64,000 bases of DNA from NCBI GenBank assembly GCA_964106915.2, contig OZ066917.1; one strand, given 5' to 3'. Shown here piece after piece: positions 1-11,933 of this stretch; the first letter of the stretch is position 1; the number at the start of each line of letters is the position of its first letter. The translations under genes were made by a program, and so were the position numbers. This DNA is from Podarcis gaigeae (Eukaryota). The notes below the pieces were generated by a model that saw only the letters and a list, made by a program, of their open reading frames with translations, was not told the origin of the DNA and did no database searches.

Positions 1-2369
1 CACCCTGCCTTTCCCTTGTTCTGTTTTCAAAAATAATAATTTAAAAATGCTCCTCTTAAGGCAGCTGAGATCTACCCACAGAGGAGCACTGTTCACTAAA
101 TGCTGTTGACTTTTTTAAAGTCACAGGCAGGGAACTGACCCAGGACTGGGAAAGTGCCTGCTGAGTAGAAGTTTGATCCATTTGAGCCACCATCCTTAAA
201 TACAATTCCACATTATTGCTCCCACATCTGACAGAAGAACATGAGCAATGTCTTGGCATTTAGTATTGACAAAAGCCTATAAATCTTCTAAAATTAAACT
301 GTCCATTATACTCCCATTCAAATCTTCATTAATTACACACATAGTCATGTTTATGAAAATAGTATTAACAATAAGAATATAATTTCAGAGTACTGTACTA
401 ATGTATTTAATACAACAGTAGGTTAAATTATAGTGTATTTTAAGACTTCTCTGCCAAGGGCAATAAATTTAACAACATGGTTATTAAAACCTTTGTATAA
501 AACATCATAAGAACAATGCAGACTAAACTATTCTTGCATCCGAAAAGCTGGAATGCAAAGAAGTTTTTATTCTTTATTGCCTCAAGTAAAAATTCTGTGG
601 AAACAGATAAGTGATGACAAAGCTTTGATGTTAATAAACCCAAATGGAAGTCAAAAATCAAAGTGTGTAAACGGCTAGGTTATAAAAAGAGAGATGACAG
701 AGTTATACCCTGTAATTAGGTGTAATTTGTGCTTTTGGCACAGCTATTTGTCCTGTATGAATGAGAGGCTGTCTTACATTTTCTTTGCTTGTATAATAGA
801 ATTACAGTACTGACACATCTACTTAAACATGTACAGGGTTTCTTTCTTTCTTTCTTTTTAAAGTATTTGACAACAGCAGCACCCCCTCCCCCCTTGAGAT
901 GCCTGACTTGGAGATACATAGCTTTAAAATTGGAAAACTTGAAGCAGCAACTTACCTGGTGCAGGTATTTAGTAGAAAAAGTAGTAGCAAAGTTTTGGGG
1001 TGGTAGTAAAATACAGGAAAACCACAGTTTACCTTTCTGGCACAAGTCTTAACCGCAGATGTACTACAAGTTGTCCACACAGACAAGAGAACAATTGAAC
1101 AATTCAATTAAATAATTTTGTGACCTTGCTTGTTTAAGAGCTGCCTAAATAATGTCTGATCAGGGTTTCAAAGTAATTATATACTAAAAACAACACAATT
1201 GTGTTGGCTGTGCTACTGGTCTGGGTTCCATGTAATTGCAGCATCTGCTGGGTTATCAACTTTTTCTGCAACTGGAAGTTGAGAAGGAATGAGGAAGAGA
1301 AATCTTTTAACATCAGTGAAACTAGGATTTTATGTTACATTTTTGTAACATTTTTGGTTGGTTATTATTTACAACATTTATAAAAGCGTCCTCATATTTT
1401 CTGTTGAATTGTCATCATGCTTAACTCTCTAGTAACAATTTAATAACAATTTAACAATATAGTATTGTATTTTGTATTGCTGTTTCATTATTGCCTGTGC
1501 TAAAATTATACCCACGTATTACCACAGTACCATGTATTTAACCTACATGTCCTTCTGTAGGTTTCTAAAAGAGAGATTGCTAAATTCTTAGGTTTAAATC
1601 CAGAGTTGCTTAAAATCTTAAGCCTTTAAAATGTACAGGATGTGCTGCAGGCTCAAAAGTAATACCATTTAGTTATATGGGGCTTACTCCCAGATCTGAA
1701 TGAGTATTGGGCTGCAGCCTTAGTAAACCTTTCTTGTGAGTTACTTTACTTTTTCTTGAATTGCCTCCTGAAGTATTACCAAAATCCTCTTAAAATTTCC
1801 TATAAAGCTTTGGTCAGAGGTCATCACAAACTTCATTGGTTTGTAAATACTTTGTTGTAAAATTGGTCATAAATTAGTGTAATTGTTTTTTGCTTAGAAA
1901 TAGAACTGTCCTCTTGTGACGAGTGCCATTAAAGTTACATAAATATTGGGATTCCAGTTTTAAAAATACATGAAAATTCTCTCTCCACGAGGTTTTTAAA
2001 CTGTTTTTTAAAAAACATTTGACTGGGGAAAACATAAAGAGGTAAGTTTGAAATCATGAAAAATTAGGATAGTATTTGCTTTCCTGAATTTTGTGTCAAC
2101 ATTTGCTTTATTCCTGCTAGGCAGCGTACAGATTAGATAAGCATGGCAAGCAACTATATATGAGAGGAAAACTAGCTATCTGGAACTACCATAGCTTACC
2201 TTTGATCCTGGAAATAGGATCAGAGACATCCAATGCTGTGGGGTAGAAGAAGTTCATTCCTACTATGTGCTTGGCATCTTTATGAATTGTCTCTTTTCAT
2301 AAGGTCCTAGTACTCCAGTCAGGGTAAAATGCACCCCCAGAAAATAGCACAGGGAGGTGTCTTGGTTTA

Positions 2370-2640
2370 GTTAAGAGGTGAAATTACAGGGAATCAGGCA
2401 GAGGGCCTTCTCACCGGTGTCACCCTCCCTGTGGAACGCCCTCCCATCAGAGGTCAAGAAGATAAATAACTTTGCAACTTTCAAAAGACGTCTGAAGGCA
2501 GCCCTGTATCAGGAAGTTTTTAATGTTTGATGTTTTATTATATTTTATTATGGGTTAGGAAACCAGCCACCCAGAGTGCCTGGGGCAACCCGGCCAGATG
2601 GGTGTGGTATAAAGAATAAAATTATTACTTATTATTATTA
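2370..2640 (+). mobile_element. L2-type LINE 3' end fragment
   Basis: Encodes RAFS....PSLWNALPSEV...FKRRLKAAL-like C-terminus, then 3' UTR and (ATT)n tail; same 3' UTR family as 53100-53306. Confidence 0.7.
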
Positions 2641-2969
2641 ATGAGTTAGGAGTAAAAAGTTAGCTATGAAAACTAAGGTGATCTAGTTGTTTATGGTGTG
2701 TTAGGAGTCCTGGATTCAAATCGTTGCGCTGCAGACAGTTTGGACAATTCTGCACAGCTGTAACACTCTGCTCTGTTTGAACAATTTCACACTTGTGCAA
2801 TAGACTTCCATTAGCACAAAGAGGATTTCCCCTTCCTCTTCTTTCTCCTGCAGCACCCTCTACACCCCACAAAACTTCTGCAGATGTTTGGGGGACCCAC
2901 TGGAGCAGATTGGGTATGTGTGACTTTATTGTCACATTTACTTTATCTAAACTTTTTTATTCTGCCCTT

Positions 2970-3324
2970 GGGGACACAGGTGGCACTGTGAGTTAAACCA
3001 CAGAGCCTAGGACTTGCCGATCAGAAGGTTGACAGTTCGAATCCCCACAATGGGGTGAGCTCCCGTTGTTCAGTCCCTGCTCCTGCCAACCTAGCAGTTC
3101 GAAAGCACGTCAAAGTGCAAGTAGATAAATAGGTACCACTCTGGCGGGAAGGTAAACAGTGTTTCCGTGTGCTGCTCTGGTTCGCCAGAAGCGGCTTAGT
3201 CATGCTGGCCACATGACCCGGAAGCTGTACGCCGGCTCCCTCGGCCTATAAAGCGAGATGAGCACCGCAACCCCAGAATCGGTCACAACTGGACCTAATG
3301 GTCAGGGGTCCCTTTACCTTTACC
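2970..3324 (+). mobile_element. Sauria SINE (Squam1/POM type), full length
   Basis: tRNA-like head with B box (gttcgaatcc), gtagataaataggtacc core, (ACCTTT)n tail; 14-bp TSD tttattctgccctt at 2956-2969 and 3325-3338. Confidence 0.9.
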
Positions 3325-4554
3325 TTTATTCTGCCCTTTATCATATTACATTTCAGGGTGATATTCAAACACCATGTAAACTACAGGATCTGAAAAGATT
3401 CAAATCCTGTCTGATGTGAGACTCAAAGAAAAATGCATTGAATGAGCTCTTAGAAATCAAATGAATTTTCTTACTTTGTAAATTATTTGTCAGTTTTCTT
3501 AGTTCAAGCTTGACTGGCAAATGACAGTTGGTGCTGGGAATTTAGTACACCCATTTGTGGATATATTGAGATTTAAAAATAACACATACTTTTAAAAACA
3601 TCTAGAAGCTAGCTTATTCCCTGTAACCTTTGTTTTGCAGATGGATTTAGAAAGTATGCTGTATTTAAAATCTGAGCATGGATTTAGAGCAGCTTTGAAA
3701 CTGTTCTTATTGTGGCAGAATAGGAATAGTGTGACATGACTACTTAATCTTTAGCTGGGCCAGGGATTCTTTATACATAATCCCATCTTTCTTAAAAGAT
3801 GGTAATGCAATGTATGTAGTGCACTGCAAAACGGTTAAAGGAAAACTTGTTAAGCCCAGAGGCCTATAATGGAAGCATTCAGTAAACTGCTTTTGAAGAG
3901 TGTTTTGAGTTTTAACACTCAGATTCGTTGTTCTGGAGTTTGTGAGGTCCTCTAGATGTTGCGGAACTCTAACTCCCAGCAGCCCCAGCTAACATGGCTG
4001 ATGATCAGGAATGCTGTAAGTTGTAGTCCAAGATCTGGAGGCCAAGGGTTCCTTTGTTGTATTGCTTCATTTTGATTAACATTTATATCTTTTTTAAAAT
4101 GTTACTGCCAGCCCTCTTTATAAAGAAAAAAAAGGTGGTGTTTGATTTATTAGTTAAGCGTCAGTTATCAGTGAGAGTTAAGAAAGGATGTTGCATCGTT
4201 ATTAAATACAATTCTCATTCTTTTAGACCACTTTAAGTTTTTTCTATAGAAAAATGTTACCTAATATGAAAGTTAAAAGATCTCTTGCTGTTTGTTGGGA
4301 AGCTGAACTCTCTTCATACTGGGTACTAGAAAACTTGTTTTGTGTGTTGTGATGGACAACAGAAGCAGTGATCTTTAGTTTGTACCTTCTGTGGCTAATG
4401 GATCGTGTGTAAGTGGAGTGCACTACATATACTTAACACTAGCTTTGATGTCTGAAAAATCACTAAAGGATCTTGTTTGAAAAACAAACCTCTTGCCATA
4501 TTTGTTAGAACAATGAAATGAGCATCTCTTGAAAGCAACTATGTTGCTGTAGGG

Positions 4555-4885
4555 CAGGGGTCTGCAACCTTTAAGACAAAAAGAGCCACTTGGACTCGTT
4601 TCCGAAGGGGAAAAAACTGGGAGCTGCAAAACCATTGCAACATTTAAAACAAATATATCTCCGGAGCCGCGATATGACAGCGGGCGGGAAGGTGACATCG
4701 GGACGGTGCGTGACTAACGCACGCACCGCCCCCATGCGAGGTCACAGCCAGTACAGCGCCTGCCACAGTGGGGAGTGTCAGGGCGCACAATGCCCCTCCT
4801 CCCCTCACTAGTATCCGCCCCGGAGCCGCGGCAAAGGTGTAAAAAAGCCACATGCGGCTCCGGAGCCGCGGGTTGCAGACCCCTG
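4555..4885. mobile_element. Non-autonomous hAT (Charlie-type) MITE
   Basis: Perfect TIR caggggtctgcaacc / ggttgcagacccctg; perfect 8-bp TSD ctgtaggg (4547-4554, 4886-4893); CpG-rich interior. Confidence 0.9.
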
Positions 4886-5238
4886 CTGTAGGGTATTGAA
4901 ACAAATGTTCCTCAGAAATCTGAGTTTATTGTAAGGAGAGCTCAGTTGCTTTATTCTTTATGGAAATTTTGTCCTTGATGAACCAGCTGTGTGGGCTCGC
5001 ATAGTTTGCTTCTGTTCTTATGAATGTCTTTCTAAAATAAAGAGAACTACATTGGGTCAAGAGGTTGAACAAAATACTTAGGGAAATTACGATCCTTCAC
5101 TGGCATACTCATGGCACATACTGGTGGGAAATGATCTCTTGTGTGTGTACCACTTCATCAGAATTAGTTATCTATATGAGCATGTTCTACATATCTATAA
5201 CTGATTTAAAAAAAGAAAAAACCCACAGAACAACTGTG

Positions 5239-5271
<33 letters not shown>
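5239..5271. repeat. (GATT)n microsatellite
   Basis: Direct reading, about 8 units. Confidence 0.9.
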
Positions 5272-5476
5272 AATTTGGGCATAACGTGTATGGTTCTCCA
5301 CTTCCAAGCAAAGGAGTGCCAGAGCTCAAGCTCAGTAATAACTTTGAATAATGTTTTGCATGGAGAAAAAGATCTCAGTGGCCAAGCTAGGGGAAATGCC
5401 TGCATAGAAATTAGTGACCCACATTCAGTTGAAATACACCTGAGCTAGATGGACCAATGGTCTGACTTAGATAGCT

Positions 5477-6265
5477 TAATAATAATAATAATAATTTTTA
5501 TTTATACCCCGCCCTCCCCAGCCAAGGCCAGGCTCAGGGTGGCTAACAAGTAATAATAAAAACAAGTTGAATGAATACAACTTAAAAACAAGATTAAAAT
5601 ACAACAATTAAAATATTGAAACATTAAAATATTAAAATGCAGCCTCATCACAGGAGGAGAAAGAAAAAAGAAAGAGTGGGAGGGAATCAAATTGGCTCCA
5701 AGCCAAAGGCCAGGTGGAACAACTCTGTCTTACAAGCCCTGCGGAAAGAAATCAGATCCTGCAGGGCCCTGGTCTCATGAGGCAGAGTGTTCCACCAGGC
5801 CGGAGCCAATGTTGAAAAGGCCCTGGCTCTGGTTGAAGCTAATCTAACTTCCTTAGGGCCCGGGACCACTAGGGTGTTGCTATTTATGGACCTTGAGGCT
5901 CTCCGTGGGGCATACCGGGAGAGGCGGTCCCATAGGTACGAGAGTCCTAGGCTGTGAAGGGCTTTAAAGGTCAAAACCAGCATCTTAAATCTGACCCTGT
6001 ACTCCACCGGGAGCCAGTGCAGCTGGGTAAATATGCTCCCATGGCAGAGACCCTGTGAGGAGCCTCGCTGCTGCATTCTGCACCCGCTGGAGTTTCTGGG
6101 ACAGCTTCAAGGGCAGCCCTGCGTAGAGCAAATTACAGTAGTCAAGCCTGGAGGTGACCGTCGCATGGATCACTGTGGCCAGGTTGGGGCGGGAAAGGTA
6201 AGGGACCAACTGCTTGATGCGGCGAAGGTGGAAAAATGTCGCCTTGGCTGTTGCTGGAATGGACA
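5477..6265 (-). mobile_element. L2 LINE, 5'-truncated (ORF2 C-terminus plus 3' UTR)
   Basis: Minus-strand ORFs give VTSRLDYCNLLYAGLP..LQRVQNAAARLL and LHWLPVEYRVRFK..RAFSTLAPAWWNTLP, split by a frameshift; (ATT)n tail. Confidence 0.88.
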
Positions 6266-7989
6266 GATTCCTGCGGAATAAGACTACCTCCAGTATCTGA
6301 GTCAATATGCCTCTGTGTAACTATTGCTAGAAATAACAAATGGGGAGAGTGCTGTTACACTCATATCCTTCCTGCAGGTTTCTCACAGTCATCTGATCAG
6401 CCACTATAAACCGTAGAAAAATGAGGAAAAAGCAGCTCAGCTGAGCAAAGCAAAGCAAAGCGAGCAAGAGTCTTTTCTTATATTCTTTTTTGCTAGCCAT
6501 TATGAGAATTCTAGACTAGATGGGCCTTTGGCCTGATGCAGCAGGGCTCATCTTCTGTTCTTCTTGTATTGGGCAACTTCAAGAAGCCCAGTGCCTCTCC
6601 CAGTACTTATGCTTTGCGACCGAGAACCGTGAAAGAGTGATGTACTGCCTAAAGCAGATATCAAAATTGTAGAAGATAAATAATGATGCTCGTATCTGTT
6701 GCTATTTCTATGATGTGTCTATTTTTGCCAGAAAAATATGTGCAGTTTATGTGACCTTAAAATGGTTGACTGAAATCCTTTAAGGCAGAAGATACCATAC
6801 CACAGTATAAATAGCTGTATAGGTGCCAACCATAAATAGGCAAAAAATAATGTGTCTGACTTTAGAGTCATGTGGTTCAGTTGCATCACGTTTGAAAAAT
6901 ATCTGCGAATGGACGGGTGCTGAATTAATGGTATAGTTAAGCTTGTCATTAACACTTATGGCGGGGTTCTTTTTTGGAAACCATTAATGAAACCTCAGCT
7001 TTTTAGCAGCTGCCACTTTAAGAAAGCACCTGAGATCTTTAAGGTGGCAATAAAATCATTGTAACTTTTAAGTAGTCGATGTTTTTTAAATTAACATTAT
7101 GCAGAACAATGGTTAAGGAAGCACTATTTAATATGATGCATCAACAATTTTCACTGGTTGTAGGAATTGTAGGAAATCACTCTGTATTGCAAAAAAAAGT
7201 AATACAAAAACTCCTATACATATTCTATGTTGTAGCAAAAATAGTGAAGTTAAGTGAACTTAAAAAAAATATCAAAAAATTAAATGGAGCTTTAACAGCC
7301 TCTGCTAAAATACTTTTTAGAGCTATAAACTAACAGAATAACAGGTGCTCCAGCTTTTGTTCACCTATACTTATGGAAAATTCTTAAGCTGGTAGCTTGC
7401 TGTGTTTGTGGAGCCAACAGAGTAGGAGTGCCATAAAACTAAGATGAAATACGCAACTAACTATATTTTAACATCTATTATTTATGCTTGCACAACTTAA
7501 TTTCCATCTTATTTGAACAACATTTTGTGTTTTGTACACTTCATCACAGAATTTGGTTCAAAGCTCACAAAATACACACAATCCTGGTTTTTTAAAAAGT
7601 ACCGTAATACACAGATTAAACATGTACGTTGTTAAAAATGAGTTTTCCTTTGGGGGGGGGACTGTTTTGAAGAGAGCCCTTACTTTAATTGTATTTATTT
7701 AAATCTTTAGCAGATTGTCTTATAAATCTAGGGTCATGTACTTTGCGTGCCTTAATATAACTTATGTGGTGATTACAAATTGTATAAGGGAATGCTACAA
7801 TACATTTACGGCAATATAAAATTAAAATGCATGTGTCACACGGTATATTGCCCACTGCCATTCTTCTTACTCTATGTTGACTTCATCTTAGATAATAAAA
7901 GCAAGACAAAATAAAAATCACAGGTTTTACAGGCTTTTGGTTCCCCAATGTATAGATGTTTATTTTTGGAGCAACATTGAGAACATATA

Positions 7990-8352
7990 CCGTATTTTTT
8001 GCACCATAACACTCACTTTTTTCCTCCTAGAAAGTAAGGGGAAATGTCTGTGCGTGTTATGGAGTGAATGCCTGCGGGTGGCGGGGGGATCTGCTGCAGT
8101 CGTGAGCAGAGGATCCATGGTTCCCCTTCCTTCCCTCCTCCGTGGTTACAAAGCATGGATCCACATGGATCCTCAGGATTTTTGCATTGGGCTACTCCAA
8201 ACTCACTGTCAGATCACATGTCTGTGTCCACAGCATGAACCACAAAAATCATATATCCACTATTTTGTTTAGAATTTTTTTTTCTTGTTTTCCTCCTCTA
8301 AAAACTACGTGCGTGTTATGGTCTGGTGCGTGTTATAGAGCGAAAAATACGG
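7990..8352. mobile_element. Tc1/mariner (pogo/Tigger-like) MITE
   Basis: TIR ccgtattttt..c..ataacac / gtgttatagagcgaaaaatacgg, TA on both sides. Confidence 0.85.
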
Positions 8353-9229
8353 TAACTGGCTTTTTTGTTGTTGTTGCATAGAGAGTATTGTCAGTAAAGC
8401 ATTCTTGGTCCTCTTTAGTGGTCTGTAAGGGAAGAGCTAACTCAACTGCATTTGGTATGACCTAAAGTTTCTAGCTGTGCTGAACTTGTGCATGGAGAAT
8501 ACTTTATTCCCACTAGAAGAAAGGTGTAACATAATATGGTTGCAGAGGTGAAACCCTTAGATAAACTCTCTGAATCGACAGTTATACTAACAAATAATGT
8601 AGTTCTTATTTTGTCTGACTTGCAATAAATTCAGGAAGGAAATGTCAACATAGTTCTTTCTTTCATCAGAATAGTCTTATGGGGGGTCATTGTTGCAGGA
8701 TGACACCTTGTTGATTTTCACATTTTGGGGTTATGTCTGTACATAAGGAATAAATGTGTTCATTGCACTTGAGTGGCAGAACAGTTTCTGACCAGCTTAT
8801 GAAGAATTGTCTAATAAAGAACAGAAAACACTTTTGGAATGTGCCACATTTAGCCCAATCCAATGTATCTTTATTTGGAAGCTTGTTCCATAGGTAGGAT
8901 ACTGTTTGCAATTATGCTGTAGGCACATCTGATTGTGAGTTACGCTTGTAGATGGTGTTCCATCCTCATGCTCTGTTTGAAATACATGTGTGAAATGGAT
9001 GGAAAATCTTTTTTCTTCCTTTTTCAGTGATCAAATATTGCAACAGACATGGAGGGAATGCCTTTTTCATCACCTGCAACAAATGAATAGCTTGTACATA
9101 TTTTTTTGTTCCTAGGAAGCTGACTTCTCAGCATTCATTGTATTGAGCTGGGAAGGGAAAGTAAAGGAAATACTATAGTCAGGTAACTGACCCAGCAGCT
9201 GGCAAATGCAGCTGATGTGGAAAAATGTA

Positions 9230-9560
9230 AAAGAGTTTGTCGGGGACCAGAAACTTAAAGGCACTATATGCCTAAATGGAACAATCATTCAACACCCGAA
9301 AAGGATTTTGAAAAAGTCTTTGATGGAACAAAATCATTGGGACCAAGCAGCTAGTTGCACAGCTGTAAGAAAGTTACTAGGCTGAACTTACAGATGGCGA
9401 GAATGCAAAACAAAAAGTGACATAGTACAAGAGCTCTACTGTATCACACGATATGTTCCGTTGATCATAAAAGGCAGATGATATTGCAGCATGGACAGTG
9501 CTATTGGCAGCAAAGATGAATCATGGACATGGTAAAAAAGATTAGCAGAAGGAGTTGGGG
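9230..9560 (+). mobile_element. Highly decayed CR1-like LINE ORF2 fragment
   Basis: Degenerate resemblance to the CR1 C-terminus (EKDLGV..; AVRKA..MLG; LE.VQ..A.KM; EERL.ELG) with many indels. Confidence 0.35.
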
Positions 9561-10242
9561 CAGAACACAGTTCTGTAAAGTGTGTAAAGCATGTGTTATT
9601 AGAATAACTGAAAGCTGATTGCTTCCTTTTTGGTACTTACTGCATGTTGGCTTGGTAATTTTTGTTCTCCTGAAAGATTCAGGGCTGCTTCTTACAGTTC
9701 TACAGAAAGTGATGCCTGAATTTATAGATCTATAACATATTATCCTGTGTTAACTTCCTTTCAAAGCTGGCATGGGTATAAACTGGTGTAACATATTACT
9801 GATTGGCACCCTGATACAATTCAACTCCTAACTGCACCCCTCTCAATACACAGATGAGAGTAGTCCTCCTGTGCCTCTGTTTTAACTGGTGAGAAGTGTT
9901 GCTTAGAACAAATATATGGGAAGTGGGTAGCCTATGCATGATATTGAGTGATTTCCAACATTGGTGTTACTGAGAGTAGAACCATTGAAATCAGTTGACT
10001 TGTTACTTAAATCCATTTATTTTAGGTCCATCCTCAGTATGACTAATGTTGGATATCACCCTCAAAAAAAGACATCATTAGTGTTGATTACTTTACCAGA
10101 GTAGTTATGTATAAATGTATCACTTTCTTTGTTTTAAAATGAAAATTGAGGTGACCATTGACTGAAAAGCAGCAGTCGTTATCAGGGCTGCAGCATTTAC
10201 CTGATCTCCTATCAGAGGCATTGCTGTAGTTGCTGCTGCTGT

Positions 10243-10597
10243 TTCTTTGGTGATCACTCATAGCTGAGTAAGATTGTCTTCCATGAACATGGTCTTAACA
10301 GTGAGTCCGTAAGTGACTGTGGAGGCCAGTTATGGATCCACACATCCTTCCACAGCAGGGACATAGGTTTCTGGGCAGGAGCTGATCATGGTGAGGGTTT
10401 GCCAAACGCGCCTTCCTCTTAGTACGTTTCTCCCTTTTGTCCTGAATTCAAGCATCTTCAAAGTCCATGACACCTTTGGTAAAGGCTGTTCTCCACCTGG
10501 AGCGCTCACAGGCCAGTGTTTCCCAGCTGTCAGTGTTTCAACTACATTTTTTTAAGATTTGCCTTGAGAGAGTCATTAAACCTCTTTTGCTGACCAC
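10243..10597 (-). mobile_element. RTE-clade LINE 3' end (non-BovB)
   Basis: Minus strand reads GGQQKRFNDSLKANLKKC..TDSWETLACERSRWRTAF; reverse complement of the copy at 27947-28302. Confidence 0.75.
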
Positions 10598-10851
10598 CAG
10601 CATTACACTTTCCACTTTTAAGTATGCTGTAGCATGCTGGGAGGGGTAAGGTAATGGTGAGGTCAGCATGGTGCAGATGTGCCGGTGGAGCCAACCCAGT
10701 CCTACCAGTGTGTTTGCACCATGCCAGCCTTGTCTCCCTCCCTCCCTCCCTCCCAGGATACCACAGTGATGCCAGTGACAGAAGGTCGGGTAAGTATCCT
10801 GCCCTACCAGATGCTGCTGCTCAAAAGTCCCACCCTGCTTAGTGGAGCTTA

Positions 10852-11374
10852 CCGTATTTTTCGCCCTATAGGACACACTTTTTCCCCTCCAAAAATGAAG
10901 GGGAAATGTGTGTGCGTCCTATGGGGCAAATGCAGGCTTTTGCTGAAGCCTGGAGAGCGAGAGGGGTCGGTGCACACCGACCCTTCTCACTTTCCAGGCT
11001 TCAGGAGAGCCCCACTGCCAGCCCCACAAGCTCGGGGGACAGCGGGGAGGCGGAACACCGCCATCCCGCTGTCCCCCGACCTGGTTTGGAGGCTGGCGGT
11101 GGGGAGAAGCTTCTCCTCCCCGTCGCCAGCCCCGCAAGCTCGGGGTACAGCGGGAGAGGTGCAGCGCGCCTTTCCCGCTGTCCCCCGACCTGGTTTGAAA
11201 GCTGGCGGCGGGGAGAAGCCTGCTTCTCCCCGTCACAGGCCCCGCAAGCTTGGGGGACAGCTTCCCGCCCCAGCCCCGCTGGGGGGGAGGAATAAAAAAA
11301 ATTTCTTTATTTCTCCCCCAAAAAAACTAGGTGCGTCCTATGGGCCGGTGCGCCTTATGGGGCGAAAAATACTG
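10852..11374. mobile_element. Tc1/mariner MITE with GC-rich internal tandem repeat
   Basis: TIR ccgtatttttcgccctatagga / ccttatggggcgaaaaatactg, TA TSDs; termini related to 7990-8352. Confidence 0.87.
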
Positions 11375-11472
11375 TAATCCCTGATAAGTATATGTAGTAT
11401 TGCAGTCTGATTAGATTCAGCAGTAATGCAAAACACATTTGTTCCCTTTTATGTTTATAGTATCTCACCAGC

Positions 11473-11933
11473 TAACTATATGGGCCTTTGTATAGTTAAA
11501 GCCATGGTTTTCCCAGTAGTGATGTATGGAAGTGAGAGCTGGACCATAAAGAAGGCTGATCGCCGAAGATTTGATGCTTTTGAATTATGGTGCTGGAGGA
11601 GACTCTTGAGAGTCCCATGGACTGCAAGAAGATCAAACCTCTCCATTCTGAAGGAAATCAGCCCTGAGTGCTCACTGGAAGGACAGATCCTGAAGCTGAG
11701 GCTCCAATACTTTGGCCACCTCATGAGAAGAGAAGACTCCCTGGAAAAGACCCTGATGTTGGGAAAGATGGAGGGCACAAGGAGAAGGGGACGACAGAGG
11801 ACGAGATGGTTGGACAGTGTTCTCGAAGCATGAGTTTGACCAAACTGCGGGAGGCAGTGGAAGACAGGAGTGCCTGGTGTGCTCTGGTCCATGGGGTCAC
11901 GAAGAGTTGGACACGACTAAACAACAACAACAA
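11473..11933 (+). mobile_element. BovB LINE, 5'-truncated 3' end
   Basis: Encodes VKAMVFPVVMYGSESWTIKKAD..FELWCWRRLLRVPWTARRSN; (CAA)n tail; 11-bp TSD atctcaccagc at 11462-11472 and 11934-11944. Confidence 0.95.

Noticed and set aside
9116-9182. Pseudo-exon with good AG and GT sites in intron 1
   Set aside because: It is 67 nt with an in-frame stop and no homology; such pairs are common by chance in long introns.
10679-11377. 232-aa ORF, the longest in the track
   Set aside because: It runs through a GC-rich repetitive MITE, has low complexity and no transposase or other domain.
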